A DNA stretch of 64,000 nucleotides from Squalus acanthias. Its lineage: Eukaryota. A program made the position numbers and the translations under genes. The stretch covers positions 33,666,001 to 33,730,000 of the forward strand of contig CM059438.1 in assembly GCA_030390025.1 (NCBI GenBank). The letters run 5' to 3'. Positions 1 through 9,789 of the stretch are shown here, piece after piece. Position 1 is the stretch's first letter; each line of letters begins with the position of its first letter. A model generated the notes under the pieces. That model had not been told where the DNA came from, did not search any database, and saw nothing but the letters and a program-made list of their open reading frames with translations.

Positions 1-156
1 CCGACGAGGGAGGAGGCATTGCTGGATCTGGTTCTGGGGAATGAGGTAGGTCAAGTGGAGCAAGTGTCAGTAGGTGAACATTTAGGGAAGAGTGATCATA
101 GTATCATAAGGTTTAGATTAGCTATGGAAAAGGACAGGGAGCAATCTAGAGTAAAA

Positions 157-1046
157 GGGGTAAAAATTCAGTTGGTTGCGCCTCCCGTTAGCCCCTTAAG
201 AGGGCGCTAATGGGGCGCAAAGCCGCTAACGCCTGGGCGCAGCGATGTTTGCGCCGCTCGGGAACTTAACTTGACATTGTGCGGCGGCGCTAAAACTTAC
301 CGCTGCGACCACCTGCGCGCGCAGATTGTGACGTCATTCCATGGTGCAACGCCCTTGTGGCGCCCCGGCGCGGAAATTGAGTGGCGCCCCCTGCCTTACC
401 GCCTGGCGCTTCCAACGACCAGAAGACTGGAACGCTATCAATCGCTGTGGGGCTGGGGGGGGCGCTATTTAAAGGGGGCCTCTTCCTGTCTTTTATTGGT
501 GGCATTTTTGAACTACGCATTCTGAGAGAGAGAGGGAGAGACTTCTGGAGAGATTCAACGTTGTGTGAAGGAGTTTTGGGTACTGAGCAGCACTTTGCAG
601 GTTCATTTTGATTTGCCATTCCTTGTATCGATTTAGCAGAGACTGTGGGAGCTGCATTCTGAGCTCTTTGCCTGGTACTCTCCATTGTTCTTTCCAGCAC
701 ATTTGATGTGCAAGTCTCTCCAGGCCGAGATTCAAGGCTGCAATGAACAGGATGTGGATGGAAAGCAAGATTAACCATCCCCTTTAAGAACTGGCCCGTG
801 CCATTGTGTGTGTGTTCCATTGCTGACTGACATTACATGAGCTTCGCCAGCGCTCTGAGTTAGCACCTCACTGCTCGGCCTTTGCGCCTTAAGACAGGTG
901 TGCAGCGCCTGCTTTAGCGCTCCACTCACCTCCCGGGGCGGTAAAAGTGAAGTTTCCAGTCAGTGCCGATAATTAGCGCCAGGCGCTAATATTTGCGTCC
1001 AGACGATATTTGCGCCCCAAATGGGGCGCGACCTAATTTCTACCCC
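157..1046. mobile_element. Non-autonomous PIF/Harbinger deletion derivative (890 bp) related to the elements at 21636 and 29293
   Basis: TIRs GGGGTAAAAATT / AATTTCTACCCC; 3-bp TSD AAA (154-156, 1047-1049); both ends match the reverse complement of the Harbinger A/B ends. Confidence 0.93.
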
Positions 1047-2984
1047 AAAATGTTTAACTGGGGAAAAGCCAATTTCAGTGGGATGAGAACAGATCTGGTC
1101 CGGGTAAACTGGAATCAAAGATTGGCAGGCAAAACTGTAATGGAACAATGGGCTGCCTTTAAAGAGGAAATAGTTCAGGTACAGTTGAGGTACATTCCCA
1201 CTAGGGGGAAAGGCAGGGCAACTAAAGTCAGGGATCCCTGGATGATGAAAGGGATAGAGAATAAGATGAAGCAGAAAAAGGGGGCATATGACAGATGTCA
1301 GTTTGCAAATACATCTGAAAATCAGGCTATATATAGAAAGGTCAGAGGAGAAGTGAAAAAGAAAATAAGAGGGGCAAAGAGAGGGTATGAGAATAGAATG
1401 GCAGCCAACATAAAAGGTAATCTAAAAGTCTTCTATAGGCATATAAATAGTAAAAGGTTAGTAAGAGGAGGGGTGGGACCAATTAGTAACGTGGAAGCAG
1501 AGGGTATGGCTGAGGTACGAAATGAGTACTTTGCATCTGTCTTCACCAAGGAAGAAGATGCTGCCATAGACACAGTAAATGAGGAGGCAGTGGAAATACT
1601 TGATAGGATAAAAATTGATAAAGAGGAGGTATTAGAAAGGCTGGCTGTACTTAAAGTAGATAAGTCACCAAGAACGGATGGGATGCATCCTAGGATGCTG
1701 AGGGAATTGAGGGAGGAAATCGAGGAGGTACTGGCCTTAATATTCCAATCCTCCATAGATACGGGGGTGGTGCCAAAGGACTGGAGAATTGCAAATGTTG
1801 CACCATTATTCAAAAAAGGGTGTAAAGATAAATCCAGCAACTACAGGCCAATCAGTTTGACCTCGGTAGTGGGGAAGCTTTTAGATACAGTAATCAGGGA
1901 CAAAATTAACAGTCACTTGGACAAGTGTGGATTAATTAAGGAAAGCCAGCACAGATTTGTTAAAGGCAAATCATGTTTAACTAACTTGACAGAGTTCTTT
2001 GATGAGATAACAGAGAGGTTGATGAAACTAATGCAGTTGACGTAGTGTAGATGGATTTCAAAAAGGCATTCGACAAATTACCACATAGTAGGCTTGCCAG
2101 CAAAGTTGAAGCCCATGGAATAAAAGGGACAGTGGCAGCATGGATATGGAATTGGCTAAGTGATAGGAAACAGAGAGTAGTGGTGTACGGTTGTTTTTCG
2201 AACTGGAGGAAGGTGTACGTACAGTGGTGTTCCCCAGGGGTCAGTTCTAGGACCACTGCTTGATATATATTAATGATTTGGACATGGATGTACAGGGCAC
2301 AATTTCAAAATTTGCAGATGACACAAAACTTGGAAGTATAGTGAACAGTGAGGAGGAGAGTGATAGACTTCAGGAAGACATAGACAGGCTGGTGAAATGG
2401 GCGGACACGTGGCAGATGAAATTTAATGCAGAAAAGTGTGAAGTGATACATTTCGGTCGAAAGAATGAGGAGAGGACATATAAACTAAATGGTACAATCC
2501 TGAAGTGGGTGCATGAACAGAGAGGCCTGGGGGTATGTGTGCACAAATCATTGAAGTTGGCAGGGCAGGTTTAGAAAGCAGTTAAAAAGGCTTACGGGAT
2601 CCTGGGCTTCATGAAGAGAGGTATAGAGTACAAAAGTGTGGAAATTATAATGAACCTGTATAAAACACTGGTTCGGCCCCAACTGGAGTACTGTGTCCAA
2701 TTCTGGGCATCACACTTTAGGAAGGATGTGAAGGCCTTAGAGAGGATGCAAAAAAGATTTATGAGAATGATTACAGGAATGAGGGACTTCAGTTATGTTG
2801 ATAGACTGGAGAAGCTGGGGTTGTTCTCCTTGGAGCAAAGAAGATTGGGAGGAGATTTGATAGAGGTGTTCAAAATCATGAGGGCTCTGGACATTGGCAG
2901 AAGGGTCGGGAACCAGAGGACACAGATTTAAGGTGATTGGCAAAAGAACCGAAGGCGACATAAAATAAAAACTTTTTTACGCAA

Positions 2985-3376
2985 TGTGGTAACACAATAC
3001 AGCTTCCTGTGACTCGAACTTTATTGCATCACTTCCTGTGATTAGTCCAGGATAAATACTGGACTGATCAGTTGGATCCTGGAGAGGCATAGAGTAAGAC
3101 CTCTTTTGTATGTAGCACCTTTTTAGTTGATTAAAGCTTACTTTAAGTTCACCACGCGTAAGGCTCATTCTTACGACAATATTGTCGTAAGAATGAGCCT
3201 TACGCGTGGTGAACTTAAAGTAAGCTTTAATCAACTAAAAAGGTGTTACATACAAAAGAGGTCTTACTCTATGCCTCTCCAGGATCCAACTGATCAGTCC
3301 AGTATTTATCCTGGACTAATCACAGGAAGTGATGCAATAAAGTTCGAGTCACAGGAAGCTGTATTGTGTTACCACA
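2985..3376. repeat. 392-bp near-perfect palindrome made of two inverted LTR copies with an ATAT centre
   Basis: 2985-3178 is the reverse complement of 3183-3376 with one mismatch seen; mirrored identical ORFs 2977-3234(-) and 3127-3399(+). Confidence 0.97.
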
Positions 3377-3395
3377 TTCTCCCCCCCCCAAAAGA

Positions 3396-5317
3396 TTAGG
3401 AGGCCGGGATGCTCCCTCCATTTCGTAGCCGCTGGACGAGGGAGAGCCGCACCCGTTTGGGTTCTCGTAGCGGTAGAGGGCCCCTAGCCCGTTTACCCGC
3501 CGCGGGCCGTGGACCAGAGTCCAAGTGATCCAGCCCGCTCTGTGAGGGGTCAGGACGATCCTGACTGTGTACTGGTGCCCGAACGGGTGTCGGGCAGGGC
3601 TGTGGCAGATCCGTTTCCGAGCGTACGGTACGGGGTGGATCGTGGCTGCGCGTGCGAGCCCCGACGGGCTCATAGTCAGTCTGCCCCAGGTCGGCACGCT
3701 GGAGTGAGGTACCAGCCGGCGTCAGATCCAGATCGTGATGAGAGGCACCTGGCGAGCCCAAAAATGTGCCTGATACAATATCATCCCCTGGTGTCCCTCT
3801 ATGTTTCGGCGGGCAGGGAGCCAGATCCCGCAATGACACGGTAGATTGCCGACCGTCAGGATACCGAATATAGGCGTAGGTAGGGTTGACGTCAGTGAGC
3901 TCAACCTCATCTACCAGGGGGTCATTCTTAGACGCCCGGACATATCTTCGGAGTAGCACTGGTCCCGGTGCAGTCAGCCACGACGGGAGAGATACCCCAT
4001 AGGATGAGCGACGCTGAAATCGGAAGAACCGTTCATGAGGCGTCGTATTTGTGGCGGTCGAAAGGAGGGACCGTGTGGAGTGTAATGCGTCTGGAAGTAC
4101 TGCTTCCCATTGCTGGTTGAGTAGGCCCCGAGATCTCAAAGCCAGACGTACCGCATTCCAGATGATAGCGTTAAAACGCTCGACTTGCCCATTCCCGACC
4201 GGATGATAAGGCGTCGTTTTGCTGGCAGCAATACCCCGTTCCGAGAGATAGGCCTTGAGTTCTCCTGACATAAAAGAAGGGCCTCGATCCGAATGAACAT
4301 AGGATGCCATGCCACAGAAAGCAAATACCTGCTCAAGGCAGCTGATAACCGTGGTCGTCAGCATATTGGGGCAGGGAAAGGCAAACGGAAAACGGGAATA
4401 CTCATCGACCATGGTCAATAGATAAGTGTTGCGAGTTGAAGAGGGCAACGGCCCCTTAAAATCGATGCTAAGCCGTTGCATTGGCTGGGTCGCATGTATG
4501 AGTATACCACCCGAGGGCGGAAAAACTGAGGTTTCAATTCCGCACAGACTCTGCAGTCCGAGCACATCTTCTTTACATCCCCGGTAGAGAATGGGAGATT
4601 TCGGGACCGCACGAAGTGTAGCATGCGAGTAACGCCCGGATGACACAACCCATCATGGATGTCTACGAGCGTAGAGGGTGCCATGGCGGAGCAGAATGCT
4701 CGTGTGAGGGTATCCGGAGCCACATTCTCCTTGCCAGGTCGATAGTGGATGGTGTAACCAAAAGACGCCAATTCCAGCCGCCAAAGCTGGATTTTATTAT
4801 TTTTAATTTTGGTCCGTTTTCGATTATCGAGCATGAAGGCGACCGATCGCTGGTCCGTGATTAAGGTAAAGTGCTGGCGAGCTAGGAGATGACTCCACTT
4901 CCGTACTGCCTCTATGATGGCTGTAGCTTCTTTCTCGACTGGAGGATAATGTAGCTCAGCCCCTTGAAAAGTCCTGGACAAAAATGCCACCGGACGACCT
5001 TCCTGATTCAGAATTACCGAGATCGCCACCTCTGAGGCATCACACTCAACAACAAAAGGAAGACTCTCATCGATGGAGTGAAGAGCCGCTTTCTCCAACT
5101 GTTTTTTCAGGAGGTTAAAGGCTGCAACAGCCGCTGTGTCTAGTGGGAATGTGCTGGCCTTCAGTAGAGGTTGGATTCGGTCCGAGAAGTTAGGAATCCA
5201 TTTAGCATAGTATGCAAACAGGCCGAGGGCCTGGCGCAAGGAGGCCGGATTCTTAGGTGGCGGGAGTTCTTGGAGTGGGCGAAGCCTTTCAGGGTCAGGT
5301 TTAATGATGTTTTCCAT
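3396..5317 (-). pseudogene. Truncated Gypsy pol: probable gag start fused to RT C-terminus, RNase H and integrase; one frameshift near 4515
   Basis: 4415-5317: LGLFAYY, VVECDASEVA, EKEATAI, LITDQRS, and the integrase HHCC region (H-x4-H...C-x2-C). 3396-4646: SIDFKGP, VHSDRG, NGQVERFN (D,D35E). No RT YxDD, protease or gag body present. Confidence 0.9.
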
Positions 5318-5395
5318 GATGGGTGATTCCCTGGATCCTTAGTTCCGAGTTCGTCCAAAAAGTTTGAGTGCGAAGTTTTCCAAAGTTGATTAAAT

Positions 5396-5589
5396 TGTCG
5401 TAAGAATGAGCCTTACGCGTGGTGAACTTAAAGTAAGCTTTAATCAACTAAAAAGGTGCTACATACAAAAGAGGTCTTACTCTATGCCTCTCCAGGATCC
5501 AACTGATCAGTCCAGTATTTATCCTGGACTAATCACAGGAAGTGATGTAATAAAGTTCGAGTCACAGGAAGCTGTATTGTGTTACCACA
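5396..5589 (-). repeat. 5' LTR of the Gypsy-derived element
   Basis: Matches 3183-3376 with two differences seen; TG...CA termini; ATTAAA poly(A)-like signal in element sense. Confidence 0.93.
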
Positions 5590-6596
5590 CGCAACGAGTG
5601 GTTAAGATCTGGAATGCACTGCCTGAAAGGGTGGAGGAGGCAGATTCAATCACGGCTTTCAAAAGGGAGTTGGATAAGTATCTGAAGGAAAGCAATTTGC
5701 AGGGGAAACGGCGGGGGAGTGGGACTAGCTGAAGTGTTCCTGCAGAGAGGCGGCACGGGCTCGGTGGGCCGAATGGCCTCCTTCCGTGCTGTAACCATTC
5801 TATGATTCTACAATTCCAGCATGTGGAGGCTCCAATTCTTTAGCTAAGTTGTGACAGCAGGTCTGATAGCATAAGTAAATTTAAAGGACCAACCATATAC
5901 TGTCAACAACTATGGAACAACTCAGTTTCCAGGTCAGCAAAGAACCAGATGCAGAGCGGCGCCATCTGCTCAAGGACACCTGCTGCTATTATGCACCATA
6001 GGGCTGGCACAGTCAAGGACAGCAGTGGCCTCGAGTCTGCCTCCACCTGCTTCCAGGCATGCTACAAAGGGGACTTATAGAGATGGTGCCAAGGAGCGGT
6101 GCAGAGAGCAACTCTCCTCACAACCACTTCATGCAGCGCCCCCGGTACTTCAACAGCTATCAAAAGGCAGCTCAGGTGCTGGGCTGCTCCATCACTTGCC
6201 TATAGATTCATACCTGCACCTGTCCTTTCCCTTCACGTCACTTCTTAATCACCTTCTCCTTCAGCTTTGACAATGGCTGCTAATAGCTTGAGCTATCTTT
6301 TGAGCCTTTCTAAAGGCTTGCAGATATTTAGTCACCCTATTATGATACTTCCTTTTAATTGACTTCATTCCTTTAAATTTCACTTATGTGTAATTTTCTG
6401 CTTCCTCCCCTAGTTTGCTTCCTACATCAGCCCAAATCTACACTTGAATCTGTGAATAACTATACAAATGGGCTGACATAATTGAGATCTGTTAGTACAT
6501 TATCATCATGTCGCAATTAGCATCAGTTCGTAATCACTTAGAACTGACTTACTGCAGTAGATTAAAATTGGCTCGGATGCCTTTACAAACCGCTAT

Positions 6597-8373
6597 TATA
6601 GAATCATAGGATGGTTACAGCATGGAAGGAGGCTATACGGCCTGTCGAGCCCGTGCCGGCTCTCTGCAAGAAAACTTCAGCTAGTCCCATTCCCCCACCC
6701 TTTCCCTGTAGCCCTGCAAATATTTTTCCTTCAGGTATTTATCCAGTTCACTTTTGAAAGCCACCACTGAATCTGCCTCCTCCACCCTTTCAGGCAGTGC
6801 ATTCCAGATCCTAACCACTCGCTGCGTAAAAAAGTTTTTCCTCATGTCGCCTTTGGTGCTCGTGCCAATCACCTTAACTCTCTGTCCTCTGGTTCTCGAC
6901 CCTTCTGCCAATGGGAACAGTTTCCCTCTATCTACTCTGTCCAGACCCCTCATGATTTTGAACACCTCTCTCAAATCTCCTCTCAACCTTCTCTGCTCTA
7001 AGGAGAACAACCCCAGCTTCTCCAGTCTATCCACGTAGCTAAAGTCCCTCATCCCTCGAACCATTCTTGCCAATCTTTTCTGCACCCTCTCTAAAGCCTT
7101 CACATTCTTCCTAAAGTTCGGTGCCCAAAATTGGACACAATACTCCAGTTGAGGCCGAACCAGTATTTTATAAAGGTTCATCATAACTTCCTTGCTCTTG
7201 TACTCTATGCCTCTATTTATAAAGCCCAGGATCCCATATGCTTTTTTAACCGCTTTCTCAACCTGTCCTGCCACCTTCAACGATTTGTGCACATACACCC
7301 CTAGGTCTCTCTGTTCATGCACCCCCTTTAGAATTGTACCCTTTAGTTTATATTGTCTCTCCTTGTTCTTCCTACCGAAATGTATCACTTCGCACTTTTC
7401 TGCGTTAAATTTCATCTGCCACGTGTCTGCCCATTCCACCAGACTGTCTATGTCCTCTTAAAGTCTATCACTATCCTCCTCACTGTTCACTATACTTCCA
7501 AGTTTTGTGTCATCTGCAAATTTTGAAATTGTGTCCTGTACACCCAAGTCCAAGTCATTAATATATATCAAGAAAAGCAGTGGTCCTAGTACCGACCCCT
7601 GGGGAACACCACTCTATACCTTCCTCCAGTCCGAAAAACAACTGTTCACCACTACACTCTGTTTCCTGTCAATTAGCCAATTTCGTATCCATGCTGCCAC
7701 TGTCCCTTTTATTCCATGGGCTTCAACTTTGCTGGCAAGCCTATTATGTGGCACTTTGTCAAATGCCTTTTGGAAGTCCATGTACACCACATCAACCGCA
7801 TTGGCCTTATCAACCCTCTCTGTTACCTCATCAAAAAACTCAGTCAAGTTAATTAAACACGATTTGCCTTTAACAAATCCGTGCTGGCTTTCCTTAATTA
7901 ATCCACACTTGTCCAAGTGACTGTTAATTTTGTCCTGGATTATCGGTTCTAAAAGCTTCCCCACTATCGAGGTCAAACTGACTGGTCTGTAGTTACTGGG
8001 TTTATCCTTGCATCCTTTTTTGAACAAGGGTGTAACATTTTGAATTCTCGAGTCCTTTGGCACCACCCCCGTATCTAAGGAGGATTGGAAGATTATGGCT
8101 AGCACCTCTGCGATTTCCACCTTAACCTCCCTCAGCATCCTAGGATGCATCCCATCCGGTCCTGGTGACTTATCTACTTTAAGTACAGTCAGCCTTTCTA
8201 GTACCGCCTCTTTATCAATTTTTATCCTATCAAGTATCTCAACTACCTTCTCTTTCACTATGACTTTGGCAGCATCTTCTTACTTAGTAAGGACAGATGC
8301 AAAGTACTTATTTAGTACCTCAACAATGTCCTCTGCCTCCATGCGTAGGTCTCCTTATTGGTCCCTAATTGGC
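6597..8373 (-). mobile_element. CR1 LINE, 3' part (RT and tail) of a host copy split by the CR1 at 8374-12682
   Basis: ORFs 6681-7439 and 7614-8258 are CR1 RT; tail TAGAATCAT at ~6597; sequence continues at 12683. Confidence 0.93.
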
Positions 8374-8719
8374 CTGTGGACACCGGAGGAGGTGGACCTG
8401 TGTGGGAGCGGCAGCGGGACCTGAGAGAATGCGGAGCGGCCATAAAGGAGCGCTGCAGAGGAGTGCTGCGAGTTGGGAAAGAGTCCGAGAGCGGGAGCAG
8501 TCAAACAACAACAACTGCGAAACCGCTAAAGTGACGTCACAACCAGGGAAGGAGCTGATTGGTAAGTAGGACCTGGTGAGTATTTCTACAGTCCAGTCGT
8601 TGAAGTAAAAGTAAGGTCTCTACTTTAGAGTAAGTAGTGTTTAAAGTGAAGTAAGGTCCCTAGTGTATTTAATATTCTTTCATTTAAAGGAAGTAAAGGG
8701 AGTAAGTTAAGGGTAGGAC

Positions 8720-9670
8720 ATGGCAGGGCAGCTCAGCAGCATGGAGTGCTCCTCCTGTGCTATGTGGGAAGTCAGGGACACTTTCGGTGTCCAGGGCGAA
8801 CACATGCGCAGGAAGTGTCTCCAGCTGCAGCTACTCAAAATCCACGTTTCGGAGCTGGAGCTGCGGCTGGAGTCACTGTGGAGCATCCGCGAAGCTGAGA
8901 TCTTCATGGATAGCACGTTTAACGAGGTGGTCACACCGCAGGTAAAGAGTGCACAGGCAGACAGGGAATGGGTGACCGCCAGACAGAGTAAAAGAACTAG
9001 GAAGGTAGTGCAGGAGTCCCCTGGGTCCATCTCCCTCTCCAACAGATTTTCTGTTTTGGATACTGCTGGGGGAGATGGTTTCTCAGGGGAATGCAGCAAA
9101 AGCCAAGTCTGTGGCACTACGAGTGGCTCAGTTGCACAGGAGGGGCGGAAAAAGAGTGGGAGAGCAATAGTGATAGGGGATTCTATTGTAAGGGGAACAG
9201 ATAGACGTTTCTGTGGCTGCAGACGTGACTCCAGGATGGTATGTTGCCTCCCTGGTGCCTGGGTCAAGGATGTCACTGAACGGCTGCAGGACATTCTGAA
9301 GGGGGAGGGCGAACAGTCAAAGGTCGTGGTTCACATTGGTACCAATGACATAGGTAGAAAGAGGGATGAGGTCCTGCAACAAGAATTTAGGGAGCTAGGT
9401 AGCAGATTAAAAAGCAGGACCTCAAAGATTGTAATCTCTGGATTACTCCCGGTGCCACGTGCTAGTGAGTATAGGAATAGGAGGATAGAGCAGATGAATG
9501 CGTGGCTAAAGAGTTGGTGCAGGAGGGAGGGCTTTAGTTTCCGGGATCACTGGGTCTGCTTCTGGGGAAGGTGGGACGTGTACAAATTGGACGGGTTGCA
9601 TCTGAACCGGAACGGGACCAACATCCTTGCGGGGAGGTTTGCTAGTACTGTTGGGGGGGGGTTAAACTAA
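8720..9670 (+). CDS. CR1 ORF1 protein (N-terminal Cys zinc-finger/coiled coil plus SGNH/GDSL esterase domain)
   Basis: CSSC...C motif, IVIGDSIVR, HIGTND, DGLHLN; uninterrupted 316 aa. Confidence 0.92.
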   Translation: MAGQLSSMECSSCAMWEVRDTFGVQGEHMRRKCLQLQLLKIHVSELELRLESLWSIREAEIFMDSTFNEVVTPQVKSAQADREWVTARQSKRTRKVVQESPGSISLSNRFSVLDTAGGDGFSGECSKSQVCGTTSGSVAQEGRKKSGRAIVIGDSIVRGTDRRFCGCRRDSRMVCCLPGAWVKDVTERLQDILKGEGEQSKVVVHIGTNDIGRKRDEVLQQEFRELGSRLKSRTSKIVISGLLPVPRASEYRNRRIEQMNAWLKSWCRREGFSFRDHWVCFWGRWDVYKLDGLHLNRNGTNILAGRFASTVGGGLN

Positions 9671-9789
9671 CTTGGCACGGGGTTGGGATACGGAGTGGAG
9701 CTATAGTAGGGGGTGATGCACAGCCAAATATAGAGGAAAAAACAAGTCAGCCTGGAAGGCAGAGCAAATATGTAATGGCATAAGGGAGT

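Larger units (their letters stand above)
2985..5589 (-). mobile_element. Internally deleted Ty3/Gypsy LTR retroelement with an extra inverted LTR; 5-bp TSD CGCAA
   Basis: Direct LTRs 3183-3376 and 5396-5589, inverted LTR 2985-3178 (all 194 bp, TG...CA). TSD at 2980-2984 and 5590-5594. PPT is the complement of 3377-3389. RT-thumb/RNaseH/integrase ORFs lie on the minus strand. Confidence 0.95.
1..5810 (+). mobile_element. CR1 LINE (ORF2 from the end of the endonuclease through RT and 3' UTR), decayed, interrupted by a Harbinger MITE (157-1046) and a Gypsy-derived element (2985-5589)
   Basis: ORF pieces 19-156, 1050-2045, 2051-2263, 2260-2574 and 2611-2931 carry CR1 motifs ([36 protein letters not shown]). 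The reading frame resumes across both insertions (SRVK|MFNW; FTQ|RVV). Ends in an ATTCTATG tail at ~5797-5810. Confidence 0.95.

Noticed and set aside
2985-5589. DIRS-type element (inverted terminal repeats plus internal complementary repeat)
   Set aside because: It encodes a DDE integrase, has a PPT and a 5-bp TSD, and no tyrosine recombinase.
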